From positions 7,731-71,730 of the forward strand of contig URFU01000001.1 in the NCBI GenBank assembly GCA_900547125.1: a stretch of 64,000 nt of DNA, written 5' to 3'. A program made the translations under genes and the position numbers. Position 1 is the stretch's first letter. Every line of letters starts with the position of its first letter. The notes beneath the pieces were generated by a model. That model was not told where the DNA came from and did no database searches. It saw only the letters and a program-made list of their open reading frames with translations. Positions 55,170 through 64,000 of this stretch are shown here, piece by piece. Source of the DNA: an uncultured Collinsella sp. GTDB lineage: Bacteria > Actinomycetota > Coriobacteriia > Coriobacteriales > Coriobacteriaceae.

Positions 55170-56195
55170 TTACGCTGGTTTGAGCCCAAAGCACGCTCGG
55201 AGCGTATTCAGCAGAGCATCTTGCCTCTTTCGACGAGCCTCTACGCGATTCTGATATCGCTTACCCATACGCTGGTGGATGCGCCATGCGAGTGCTTCCA
55301 TCGCTTCCATGTCACAGAGCATTTCGTTGTTGACCGTCGCGACCTCGATTCCCATAGTAATCAAGCCCGTGTTGCGCTTTTCATCATGGATACGTCCCCT
55401 CCGAGAGGAATGGCCCAGCTCACCGTTGTATTCCAAGTCAAACCGGGCTGCTTCCTGAAAGGCATCGCAAACCGCATGCGGCATCCCCGAGATCGCCTGT
55501 GCACGGTCGTTGAACTCGATCTTGTAGTCGGTCTTAAAGGGACCACAGGCAAATCCGCCATAGGAAAACGGAAGCGAAAACATGGCAAGCATGATGCACT
55601 CCATGGGTGAACGCAGGTTTTCCGACAGATAGGGACACAGCCGCCGCAGCTGCTTGGCCGCGCTCCCCTTGCATGCCGCGAGGTAATCTACCAGGCAATC
55701 GGGTGTCAGCACGGACTCGACCTCAAAGTAACCGACATCTGGCGGCTGGTCTTTGTCCTTTGCCAATTTGTTCACGACAGGCGAGGTGTAGGGAGGCAGA
55801 TACTTCCCGCGGTCACTCAGTGAAATCTTAGAGCACAGCTCCTGGGCCAGGGCAAATGCCTGGATGCAGCCGACCTCGCGCGCAACGGCTACGCAGAGGG
55901 CCTCGGGAGACAAGCTGTACACCCCCGGCTCCACCTCCAGAATCGAACCAACCGGCAGTCCTGCAGAACAAACGGACCAGCTTGCACTAGGCATGCGGCG
56001 ACGCTGCTTCGCCGACCCCACCAGCAGGCACAGGTCCTCTTGAACCTCGCCACTCACGGCCCCGATCCTCACCAAATCGGGAAGATAGATGTCCTCGGCC
56101 GAGGGCGACGATGCGTGCAGCACACGGCGCGCTTCATCGGGATCGAGGTCTCTCCAACTGATGTAACCCATTTGTCGACGCTCGGCGCGCATCAT
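55170..56195 (-). CDS. Hypothetical protein.
   Basis: Good coding periodicity. No recognisable motifs. Start chosen downstream of the comF stop; the ORF-track extension overlaps comF. Confidence 0.45.
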   Translation of the reverse strand: MMRAERRQMGYISWRDLDPDEARRVLHASSPSAEDIYLPDLVRIGAVSGEVQEDLCLLVGSAKQRRRMPSASWSVCSAGLPVGSILEVEPGVYSLSPEALCVAVAREVGCIQAFALAQELCSKISLSDRGKYLPPYTSPVVNKLAKDKDQPPDVGYFEVESVLTPDCLVDYLAACKGSAAKQLRRLCPYLSENLRSPMECIMLAMFSLPFSYGGFACGPFKTDYKIEFNDRAQAISGMPHAVCDAFQEAARFDLEYNGELGHSSRRGRIHDEKRNTGLITMGIEVATVNNEMLCDMEAMEALAWRIHQRMGKRYQNRVEARRKRQDALLNTLRACFGLKPA

Positions 56196-56292
56196 GCGCA
56201 GTGCCGAGGCGCCAGTCAGGATTACGGAGGCCGCCAGTTGCTCGCTTGTCGGCTCGGTGCGTCGCGCAATCTTCACTGCCACAAAACCACCC

Positions 56293-57099
56293 CTACCAAA
56301 CGCGTGCGATAGCGAGACCATCGACTGCCGCGGCGCCGGCACGCTTGAGCTCCGCCGAGGCCGCTGCCATGGTCGCGCCCGTGGTAATGACATCATCGAT
56401 GAGCAGCAGACGGCAGCCGCGCACATCCTCGACCGTCTCATACATGCCCCGGGCATGTTCCCGGCGCTCATCGCGACCGAGCTCTCGCTGGTCACCGTGA
56501 CCGTACTTAACGAGGGCGTCGAGCAGCGGAACACCCGACAGCTCGCAAAACGAGCGCGCGATTGCTTCCATGTGATCGAACCCACGCCGCCGAAACGCCG
56601 CCGCAGTCGCGGGCACAAACACCACCGCATCGGCACCGGACAACACGCCGCCATAGCGATTGGGAGCTGCGACTTGAGCGTTTAAGGCGGTGTCATAGAG
56701 CAGCTCCGCCAGATACGAAGCCAGGCGTCGCTCGCCCGCGTCCTTGTACGCCTTAATGATGCGCGGCAGCGGATGCGCGTAGACGGCGCACGCCAAACAG
56801 CGATCGAGCGCCTCGGCCATTGCCGAGGACTCCCCCTCGACCGAGCACTCGGTGCACAGCAAATCCCCATACGGAGCACCACACCGGGTGCAGCTATGGC
56901 ACGGGTCGATGAGCGCGAGCGAGGCCAGACAATCCTGGCAAATCAGTGCACCGGCGCGTTCGCAGCCGGCACAGCGCGTGGGCGACAACGCCTCAAGCGC
57001 CTCGTATGTCGCGCGCTCGGCAAGCGGTAGCAATTCGTCCGCAAACGGTAGGACTCCTGCGCCCCGCAAGCGAGTCAATACGTTCAGATGTCTCTTCAT
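56293..57099 (-). CDS. comF: ComF-family protein (phosphoribosyltransferase domain, N-terminal Zn-ribbon).
   Basis: CxxC pairs, then the PRTase motif LLIDDVITTGAT. Start at cat 57097-57099 with a GGGAGGG RBS. Confidence 0.75.
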   Translation of the reverse strand: MKRHLNVLTRLRGAGVLPFADELLPLAERATYEALEALSPTRCAGCERAGALICQDCLASLALIDPCHSCTRCGAPYGDLLCTECSVEGESSAMAEALDRCLACAVYAHPLPRIIKAYKDAGERRLASYLAELLYDTALNAQVAAPNRYGGVLSGADAVVFVPATAAAFRRRGFDHMEAIARSFCELSGVPLLDALVKYGHGDQRELGRDERREHARGMYETVEDVRGCRLLLIDDVITTGATMAAASAELKRAGAAAVDGLAIARVW

Positions 57100-57200
57100 G
57101 ACACAACCCTCCCTACGCAAAGGCGAAGGGAGGGTTGTCGGTGTAGAGCCATGATACCCAGAGGTGCTGGGGTCAGGCGGGTTACATCCGCTTACGGACG

Positions 57201-58895
57201 TTATTCGCCGGCAGGCGGTTGCGGTGCGGACGAGGTGTGGGTCGAGCCTTCACCACCGTCCTGGCGCGGCTTGCGGGAGCGACGGCGACGGCGGCGCTTT
57301 TGACCCTGGTCGGTCGAGCCCTCGCCACCGCGATCCTCACGCGGTTCGCGCTCGTCGCGAGTACCGCCGCGCGAAGCCTTGGCGGCAGCTCCTCCACCAT
57401 CGCCGGGGCGACGGCGCGTGACCTTGACTTCTTCATCCGAAACCTGATCGGCCACAGAAGGAACCGAGGGCTTCTGCTGCGTGCCCGAGGAATGGCGACG
57501 GCGCGGACGCGGCGCGCGCTCCTCCTCGCCACGCGGCTTGCCGCCCTTGTCGGCAGGCGCGTCGGAGGCCGAGGCGCCCTTGGGAGCGGCACCGGCCTCG
57601 CGAGCAGCTGCGGCGCGGAAGGCGTCCTCGCGCTCCTCGCTCGACAGGTGACGGCGACGACGGCGCGTGGGGTTCATGCCACCGCCACGGTTTTGCAGCT
57701 GGGGCTGCTGAGCCTCGCGCTCGCGGGAAGCGTTCTTACCCGCGGCCTCGCCATTGTCGACGGACGCCGCGCGCTTGCGGCGGCGACGACCACCGGCTGC
57801 CTCCTCGGCCTCGGGTGCCTCGGTCTTGCCGCGGCCCTTTCCGCGGCCACGGCCCTCGGCCTGGCCCTGAGCGGCGCGAGCATCGGATTCGGCATCGCGA
57901 CGGCGGCGCTTGGACATCGACGTGCCGGCCAGACGGTCGGCACTCGACAGGCCATCGCCCACGTCGACGCCGTTCTCGCGATCGAGCTCCATGAGCGCCA
58001 GGCGCATCTCGGGCGACTCGATGCGTTCGAGCACATCGCGCGTCACGCAGTCGGGGCGGCAGTTGCAGCCCTGCTCGGCGGCCTTCTTTTTGCAGCCCTC
58101 CGAGCACGTCATATCGGCCAGGTTGACCTTAAAGACTTTGCCGTTCTCCAGGCGCAGCACCAGCTGCTCACGCGGCGTATCATATTCCTGAATACGCGCC
58201 TTGCCAAGCGGCGTATCGATGAGCGTCTTCTTTTTGGGCGCGCGGCTCTTAAAGTCCTTGTACGCCTCGAACTCATAGCGCAGGCAGCACATCAGGCGGC
58301 CGCATACGCCGCTGATCTTGGACGAGTTGAGCGGCAGGTCTTGCTCTTTTGCCATGCGAATCGAGACGGGCTCAAACTGTCCGCCAAAGCGTGTGCAGCA
58401 GAGCTCCTGTCCGCACTGGGCATAGCCGCCCACCAGGCGGGTCTCGTCGCGCACGCCAATCTGGCGCATGTCGACGCGAATGTGCAGCGTCGAGGACAGA
58501 TCCTTGACGAGCTGACGAAAATCGACGCGCTCCTCGGCCGCAAAGTAGAACACGGCCTTCTCGCCGCCAAACAGGTACTCGACGCCGACCGGCTTCATCT
58601 CGAGGTCGAGCTCTTTGACCAGACGGCGGAAATCGACCATCGCCTCGTCGCCCTGGATGGCCAGGTCGTCGGCAAGCTGCAGGTCGATGTCGCTCGCCAC
58701 GCGCAGCACGGGCTTGAGCGGCTGGCCGATCTCGTCTTGCGGCACCTCGAAGGGATCGGCCGTGACCAGGCCGATCTCGGTTCCGCGCTCGGTGGAGCAG
58801 ATAGCGTAATCTGCCTCGAGGATATCCAGATCCTGCGGGTCGAACCACAGGTCGCGCGAGGCGTAGGTAAACTTAACGGGTACGACTAACGGCAT
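57201..58895 (-). CDS. PSP1/RicT (YaaT)-domain protein with a long Arg/Gly/Glu-rich low-complexity C-terminal extension.
   Basis: PSP1 domain over the N-terminal ~280 aa (Cys-rich …GVCGRLMCCLRYE…), then ~280 aa of disordered RG-rich sequence. Conserved holB-yaaT adjacency. Confidence 0.8.
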   Translation of the reverse strand: MPLVVPVKFTYASRDLWFDPQDLDILEADYAICSTERGTEIGLVTADPFEVPQDEIGQPLKPVLRVASDIDLQLADDLAIQGDEAMVDFRRLVKELDLEMKPVGVEYLFGGEKAVFYFAAEERVDFRQLVKDLSSTLHIRVDMRQIGVRDETRLVGGYAQCGQELCCTRFGGQFEPVSIRMAKEQDLPLNSSKISGVCGRLMCCLRYEFEAYKDFKSRAPKKKTLIDTPLGKARIQEYDTPREQLVLRLENGKVFKVNLADMTCSEGCKKKAAEQGCNCRPDCVTRDVLERIESPEMRLALMELDRENGVDVGDGLSSADRLAGTSMSKRRRRDAESDARAAQGQAEGRGRGKGRGKTEAPEAEEAAGGRRRRKRAASVDNGEAAGKNASREREAQQPQLQNRGGGMNPTRRRRRHLSSEEREDAFRAAAAREAGAAPKGASASDAPADKGGKPRGEEERAPRPRRRHSSGTQQKPSVPSVADQVSDEEVKVTRRRPGDGGGAAAKASRGGTRDEREPREDRGGEGSTDQGQKRRRRRRSRKPRQDGGEGSTHTSSAPQPPAGE

Positions 58896-60013
58896 TTCAG
58901 TGCCTTCCTGATATCGAACAGCATGACCTCGATGGCCAGCTGGGGAGTAACGTTTCTGGCGATGTTGCGCTCGGCGGTCGCGACTGCCTCGAGCGCCCGG
59001 GTGGCACCCGCAACATTCGTCGCGGCGGCAAGCCGCCCGATCGTGTCGCGCACGTCTTCGTTCACTACGTCGGCTGCCTCGTCCTGAAGCGTCAGCAGCA
59101 CGTCGCGCATGAGCGTCCGCGCACTCGCCAGCGCTTCCATGATACCCGAACGCTCGCGCGCGTTGAGTTCGCGCTTGTTGCGGTCCTCAAGCTGCTTCAA
59201 TGCTCCACGCGACAGGTAGTCGGCGTTTTGCTCGAGCACCTTTTCCTGTGTGGACTTGACCTCGGCGAGCGGCGCCTTAACGGCGACGATGAGCGACTTG
59301 GCGCGGCTGAGCACATCAGCCTCGTCGGCAGCGATGAGCGAATCGATGGCGCGGACCATCTGGCGGCGAGCATCCTGGCGCTCGGCGCTCTTAAGGAACT
59401 CGATGCCGCGCGTGGGACTCCCCGCCACGGCGACCGCCATGCAGCAGCGTGCGAGATCCTGACCCGTCGCGCGACTCACGGCCTGCGCGGCAACGGCGGG
59501 CGACACCAGCCGAAACGGCACGCACTGGCAGCGGCTCACGATGGTAGGCAGCATCACGTCTGCCGAGGTGCCCAGCAAGATGAACATAACGCCCTCGGGC
59601 GGCTCCTCGAGTGTCTTGAGCAGTGCGTTGGCGGTGTTAGCACGCAGCTGCTCGGCACGGTCGATGATGTAGACCTTGGCCTTGGCACGGATGGGCGCCA
59701 GCGGCACGTCATCGAGCAGCTCGCGGGTCTGGGCAATGAGGTAGCCCGTGGCGCTCACGGGCGTGTAATAGTGCACGTCGGGATGCGTATGCCGAGCAAC
59801 GCGTACGCAGCTGTCGCATGCTCCGCAGCCGTCCTGCTCGCACAGGAAGGCCTGGGCGAGCGCCCATGCGGCATCGAGCTTGCCGGCACCGGGAGCGCCC
59901 AAAAACAGGTAGGCGTGCGATGCGCGGCCGCTGGCGACGGCGTTGGTCAAAAAATCGCGCACGCGCTGTTGGGTGTCGAGCTTGGCCAGCAGGCTTGTCT
60001 GAGCGGGGGCCAT
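58886..60013 (-). CDS. holB: DNA polymerase III subunit delta'.
   Basis: AAA+ YLFLGAPGAGKLDAA, zinc module CEQDGCGACDSC, SRCQ sensor. Start at cat 60011-60013 with a GGAGG RBS, abutting the tmk stop. Confidence 0.85.
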   Translation of the reverse strand: MAPAQTSLLAKLDTQQRVRDFLTNAVASGRASHAYLFLGAPGAGKLDAAWALAQAFLCEQDGCGACDSCVRVARHTHPDVHYYTPVSATGYLIAQTRELLDDVPLAPIRAKAKVYIIDRAEQLRANTANALLKTLEEPPEGVMFILLGTSADVMLPTIVSRCQCVPFRLVSPAVAAQAVSRATGQDLARCCMAVAVAGSPTRGIEFLKSAERQDARRQMVRAIDSLIAADEADVLSRAKSLIVAVKAPLAEVKSTQEKVLEQNADYLSRGALKQLEDRNKRELNARERSGIMEALASARTLMRDVLLTLQDEAADVVNEDVRDTIGRLAAATNVAGATRALEAVATAERNIARNVTPQLAIEVMLFDIRKALKCR

Positions 60014-60014
60014 G

Positions 60015-60698
60015 TTACTCGGCCTCCTTAGCAAGCGCGCCGACGACGGCGTCTTGCGGAATGTCGAGACCGTACGCGCGAATCTGCTCGACCGTCTTCT
60101 CGAAGACTTCCTCGATGGTCGCGGTAGCGTCGATGAGCTTTACGCGGGCGGGTTCCTCGGCAGCAATGGCGCAAAAGCCCTGGTAGACACGCTCTTGGAA
60201 TGCCACTCCCTTCGCCTCCATGCGGTCCGCCGCGCCACGGGCTGCCATGCGCAGCGCCGCCTGCTCGGGTGTGATGTGGTAGACGAGCGTGAGCGCCGGA
60301 TGCGTACCGGCGACAGCCAGGTTGTTGGCATCGCGTACCATCTGACGGTCGAGGCCATCGGCAAACGCCTGGTAGCAGGTCGTGGAATCGTAGAAGCGAT
60401 CGCACAGGACTACCTCGCCGGCCGCGAGGGCGGGAGCTATGACCTCGTGCACCAACTGGGCGCGCGCCGCCTCGTAGAGCAGCAACTCGCAGGTGTCTCC
60501 CATCGCCGTATTGGCGGGGTCGAGCAGCAGAGCACGGATCTTTTCGCTGATGGCGGTGCCGCCCGGCTCGCGCAGGCTCACAACCTGGTAGCCAGCGAGT
60601 TCGAGCGCGCGGGCAAGCAGACGCGCCTGCGTGGACTTGCCGGCACCATCGACGCCCTCGAGCGTGATAAAGCTATGTTGAGCGGGCTCAAAAGCCAT
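60015..60698 (-). CDS. tmk: Thymidylate kinase.
   Basis: P-loop EGVDGAGKSTQ, DRF motif. Confidence 0.9.
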   Translation of the reverse strand: MAFEPAQHSFITLEGVDGAGKSTQARLLARALELAGYQVVSLREPGGTAISEKIRALLLDPANTAMGDTCELLLYEAARAQLVHEVIAPALAAGEVVLCDRFYDSTTCYQAFADGLDRQMVRDANNLAVAGTHPALTLVYHITPEQAALRMAARGAADRMEAKGVAFQERVYQGFCAIAAEEPARVKLIDATATIEEVFEKTVEQIRAYGLDIPQDAVVGALAKEAE

Positions 60699-60800
60699 GA
60701 GCGCAGCCCCTTCCTACAAGGCGCGTAAATGCAGATATACCAACCAAGCCATGATACCCCAGTGCTCGGCGCGTCCCCAATGGCTAAAGGTGTCTTTCCA

Positions 60801-60869
60801 AAGTTGCGGTGAAATAGGGACTGATTGAAGCTCTGAGACCGCCAAACAGTCCCTATTTCACCGCAACTT
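60801..60869. repeat. Palindromic element family B, copy 2.
   Basis: aagttgcggtgaaatagggactg[attgaagctctgagaccgccaaa]cagtccctatttcaccgcaactt. The arms are perfect over 23 bp. Confidence 0.85.
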
Positions 60870-60937
60870 ATGATGGGGACTTTTGGACGCTGGGTATAAT
60901 CGTCGTATTGATTTGAAATGTGGCGAAAGGAGTGGCA

Positions 60938-61921
60938 ATGTCTCGGTATTGCGCCTCGTGCGGCAAGCTTCTTGCAGATGATGCCAAGTTCTGCACCTCG
61001 TGCGGTGCACCCGTTGAGCAGACAACCGCAAGCAATGGCCAACCCACGTTTGAGAAGACCGGCTCCCTCGATACGCCGCAAGCTAAGCCGGACGACCCCC
61101 TCGCCTATCGCCCCGACCCCGCCGCCGGCCCTGCAGCGGTCGAAACGACGCAGCGCATACCCGTCGCGGACACCCCGCCCCAACAGCAACCGGCGTCTAC
61201 ATACGCGTCTGGTTCACCGCAGGCCCCCGCCGCAAAAAAGAGCGCTACCAGGGCGCTTGTCGCCGTTATCGTTGTGCTGTTGGCAATCATCATCGCCTTG
61301 GTCATCTTTTTTGTGATCAAGCCGTTCGACAACTCCGCTACGCAGACGACTGCCGAGGTAGCTAAGCTGCACCATGACGTCGACGACGATGATCTAAAGC
61401 CTCTCGGCAATCCCAACAGCCTGTACGACGATGATGACGATGACGACGAGGATGGCGGCGAAGCAAGCCTCTCCGAACAGAACCTCTACCGTCGCCTGAG
61501 TGAATACTACGACCTGCTGGAAGATCTCGATAGCCAGGTCCGTGCCTGCGCAGAGACGTTTAATGGCAGCTATCTGGAAGAGGATCGTACCACCCGTCAA
61601 AATCTCGCTGACGTCGCCGAGCGCACGGAGGACACCATCGAGCAGTATTACGACATCGTCGAGGACCTGGACGTCCCGACGAGCTCCAAGAACTACAGCT
61701 CCTGGAAAGACATCGTTGCCCTGTATGACGACCTGGACCACCGCATTGACGCGATCTGCGATGCCTGGGAGATCAGCCTGAAGTACGCAAAGCCCGCGGA
61801 CCACAAGAATGAGATCGTGGCGCCGCTGTCACGCGACAACGTGGCGGGCACCAATGACAATAAGTACCGCCTAGACTTTGAGGACCGTTATCCCGGCGCC
61901 AAGCCCGTCGAGGTGAACTAA
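60938..61921 (+). CDS. Zinc-ribbon-domain membrane-anchored protein (hypothetical).
   Basis: N-terminal CASCGK…CTSCGA zinc ribbon, a Pro/Gln-rich linker, a TM helix, then an acidic (D-run) extracytoplasmic domain. ATG at 60938 with an AAAGGAG RBS; the ORF track uses an upstream GTG. Confidence 0.6.
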   Translation: MSRYCASCGKLLADDAKFCTSCGAPVEQTTASNGQPTFEKTGSLDTPQAKPDDPLAYRPDPAAGPAAVETTQRIPVADTPPQQQPASTYASGSPQAPAAKKSATRALVAVIVVLLAIIIALVIFFVIKPFDNSATQTTAEVAKLHHDVDDDDLKPLGNPNSLYDDDDDDDEDGGEASLSEQNLYRRLSEYYDLLEDLDSQVRACAETFNGSYLEEDRTTRQNLADVAERTEDTIEQYYDIVEDLDVPTSSKNYSSWKDIVALYDDLDHRIDAICDAWEISLKYAKPADHKNEIVAPLSRDNVAGTNDNKYRLDFEDRYPGAKPVEVN

Positions 61922-61938
61922 TCCCAACAACTGATCAA

Positions 61939-62007
61939 AACTTGCGGTGAAATAGGGATTAGTTAGGACTTTTGCCAGCAAAAACAGTCCCTATTTCACC
62001 GCAACTT
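61939..62007. repeat. Palindromic element family B, copy 3.
   Basis: aacttgcggtgaaatagggatt[agttaggacttttgccagcaaaaa]cagtccctatttcaccgcaactt. Confidence 0.85.
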
Positions 62008-62072
62008 AGAAGTGGGGCCGGGCTCGCATTTGCATTTGCGCGCCCGGCCCCGCCGTGTCTATATGTGCTCGG

Positions 62073-64000
62073 TTACTTGTCGGCGGCCGCCTTCTTGGTG
62101 GTCGTCTTTTTCGCGGCAGTCTTCTTGGCGGTCGACTTCTTGGCGGTCGAAGTCTTCTTGGCTGCCGTGGTCTTCTTCGTCGTGCTCGCCTTGGTCGCAG
62201 CCTTGCGGCCGCGGGCGGGCTTCTTCTCCTTGGTCGGGCAATCCATGTTGACGCAGATACGCCACGGACCGCGCGCCGTGTTGACCACCACGATGGGGGC
62301 GCCGCACTCGGGGCAGGTCTCGCCCGTCGCCTCGAGCTTGCCGCGCGCCGGCAGCGGATAGCTCACGCCGCAGTCATCGTAGTTGGTGCAGCGGATAAAG
62401 CGCTTGCCGCTCTTCTCGCTCTTGTGTGCAATCAGATCACCATGGCGTCCGGCCTCGGCGCACACCTTGCACTCGCCCACCTTAAGGTCGGGCTCGTAGT
62501 TGGTGGGGCACGTCGGGTTCACGCAGATCTCGAAGGCCTTCTGGCGGAACGGCTGGCACTTAATGCGCGGTGCACCGCATTCGGGGCACACGGCCGCCTC
62601 GCCCTCGAGCGGGCTCACCTTGACGCCGCTCGGCACCGGATAGGTCACGTCGCAGTCGGGCCAGCCCATGCAGCCGATAAAGCTGCCGCGGGTCTTGGCG
62701 CTCGTCTTCATAACCAAGTCCTTGCCGCACTTGGGGCAGGCGCCCACGCGCGCATCGGCCGTGACGGCGTCGCTGATGGCGTCGCCCAGCTCCTGCGTAT
62801 GCTTGAGCAGCTCGTCGAGCACGCCGGCCAGCAGCGCGCGCGAGTGCGTCACGACATGCTCTTCGGTGTCCTCGCCGCGCTCCACACGGGTCATATCGCC
62901 ATCGAGCTCGCTGGTCATATCGGGGCTCGTGATGCGCGGGGCAAACTGCGTCAGTGCGTCGATGATGGCGATGCCCAGCTGACTCGGCTCCACGGGATCA
63001 TTTTTGAGATAGCGCACGGCATACAGGCGCTCGATGATGCTCGCGCGCGTTGACTTGGTACCCAGGCCGCGCTTTTCCATCTCCTGCACGAGCTTGCCCT
63101 GGCTGTAGCGCGCGGGCGGCTCGGTCTGCTTGGCCTCGAGCTTAATGTCGAACACGTCGACCGTATCGCCCTGCTCAAGCGGCGGCATCTGCTCGTCGCG
63201 CTTGAGTCCATACGGGTACGCCTCACGGAAGCCGGGGGTCACGAGCACGTCGCCCGAGGCCACGAACGGCTCGCCGTTCACGTCGAGCTCGAGCTTGGTG
63301 TTCTCGATGGTCGCGGGACCCATGAGCGTTGCCAGGAAGCGACGGGCGATGAGGTCGTAGAGCTTGCGCTGGCCACCGTCGAGCGTGGACGGATCGCCCT
63401 CGCCCGTAGGATAGATAGGCGGGTGGTCGGTGGTCTCGACCTTGCCGCGCGTGGGCTTCATGGGACCGGCGAGCACCTTTTTGCATACGGGCGCCAGCGC
63501 CGGGTTGATCTTTGCCAGGTCGCTCACCACGGCGCCCAGATCGAGCGTCGCAGGGTACACGGTATTGTCGACACGCGGGTAGCTGATGAGACCGGCCATG
63601 TAGAGGGACTCGGCGATGCGCATGGTACGCGCAGGTGAGATGCCCTCGGCTGCGGCGGCAGCCTGCAGCGAGGTGGTCGCAAACGGCGTGGGCGGCTGCT
63701 GCTTGCGCGAACGCTTGGTCACCGCGGCGACGGTTGCCGTCGCAACGCCGTCGACATGGCCGTACGCCGCCTCAGCAGCATCCTTGTCGGTAAAGCGCGC
63801 CGTCTTGTGCGCAATCTTAAAGCGGTCGTCCTCGGCAGCACCCTGTGCGGCGCCCATGCCGCGGATCTGCCAATAGTCCTCGGGCACAAACGCCATGCGC
63901 TCGCGCTCGCGCTCGACCACCAGGGCAAGCGTCGGCGTCTGCACACGGCCGGCAGAGCGCACGTTACCAAAGCCGCCAAACTTGGCGAGCGTCAGGTAGC
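62073..64000 (-). CDS. topA: DNA topoisomerase I. The N-terminus lies beyond the window edge.
   Basis: Topo IA core motifs, C-terminal Zn-ribbon repeats (CPKCG…, CPECG…) and a lysine-rich tail (KKTTAAKKTSTAKK…) typical of actinobacterial TopA. The frame is open past 64000. Confidence 0.9.
   Translation of the reverse strand, partial: YLTLAKFGGFGNVRSAGRVQTPTLALVVERERERMAFVPEDYWQIRGMGAAQGAAEDDRFKIAHKTARFTDKDAAEAAYGHVDGVATATVAAVTKRSRKQQPPTPFATTSLQAAAAAEGISPARTMRIAESLYMAGLISYPRVDNTVYPATLDLGAVVSDLAKINPALAPVCKKVLAGPMKPTRGKVETTDHPPIYPTGEGDPSTLDGGQRKLYDLIARRFLATLMGPATIENTKLELDVNGEPFVASGDVLVTPGFREAYPYGLKRDEQMPPLEQGDTVDVFDIKLEAKQTEPPARYSQGKLVQEMEKRGLGTKSTRASIIERLYAVRYLKNDPVEPSQLGIAIIDALTQFAPRITSPDMTSELDGDMTRVERGEDTEEHVVTHSRALLAGVLDELLKHTQELGDAISDAVTADARVGACPKCGKDLVMKTSAKTRGSFIGCMGWPDCDVTYPVPSGVKVSPLEGEAAVCPECGAPRIKCQPFRQKAFEICVNPTCPTNYEPDLKVGECKVCAEAGRHGDLIAHKSEKSGKRFIRCTNYDDCGVSYPLPARGKLEATGETCPECGAPIVVVNTARGPWRICVNMDCPTKEKKPARGRKAATKASTTKKTTAAKKTSTAKKSTAKKTAAKKTTTKKAAADK

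Noticed and set aside
57219-58889. 556-aa plus-strand ORF (also 62055..63053 +, 50307..51725 +, 48574..50310 +, 39757..40914 +).
   Set aside because: They are antisense shadows of PSP1, topA, the dehydrogenase-to-isocitrate-dehydrogenase region and agaS respectively. They show the high-GC open antisense frame artefact.

Overview
High-GC (~60%) Gram-positive chromosomal segment. The gene content and the lysine-rich TopA tail fit an Actinobacteria/Coriobacteriia-like organism, but that is inference. The window is dominated by carbohydrate-uptake and catabolism loci, laid out as follows.

- (i) A partial flavodiiron protein gene, then a galK–galT Leloir module under a LacI/GalR-type repressor.
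- (ii) A tagatose-6-phosphate pathway lacA-lacB-lacC with no lacD. In the position where lacD would be expected sits a ~1.5 kb unit carrying an AAA+ ATPase (AAA_14/DUF4143) gene. The unit has 39-bp direct repeats at its ends and a 34-bp tandem repeat tract inside.
- (iii) A lone lactose-family PTS IIA (lacF), followed by three paralogous modules. Each has a LacI-family repressor, a PTS IICB (LacE-like) and a GH1 6-phospho-beta-galactosidase (LacG-like). Each module has its own operator variant.
- (iv) A low-GC island with a class-II Fic (AMPylase-like) gene behind a dyad-symmetric promoter, a truncated duplicate of a DeoR regulator, and a fourth divergent IICB.
- (v) A GntR regulator, a DeoR regulator and galactose mutarotase.
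- (vi) An orphan mannose-family IIB next to tRNA-Thr(CGT).
- (vii) A GalNAc/GlcNAc-type (aga-like) cluster: mannose-family PTS IIA, YajC-like, IIB, IIC, IID, a GntR regulator, agaS, nagA/agaA, a second lacC, a LacX-like epimerase, flavodoxin and YhcH.
- (viii) Housekeeping genes: isocitrate dehydrogenase-family enzyme, DegV, HPF, ComF, PSP1/RicT, holB, tmk and topA (partial, window edge).

Beyond the genes, the window carries several families of non-coding repeats that the features above do not explain.

- A ~65-bp hairpin element with conserved GTCTCGATCTGTAACA/TGTTACAGATCGAGAC arms and variable loops: 7 units at 4 loci, all immediately 3' of plus-strand sugar genes.
- A second palindromic element with AGTTGCGGTGAAATAGGGA arms (3 copies).
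- A 217-bp element with 33-bp perfect terminal inverted repeats.
- A recurring GGTGAACGGTAGTT dyad upstream of two PTS operons.

There is no CRISPR array, integron or classic IS transposase.
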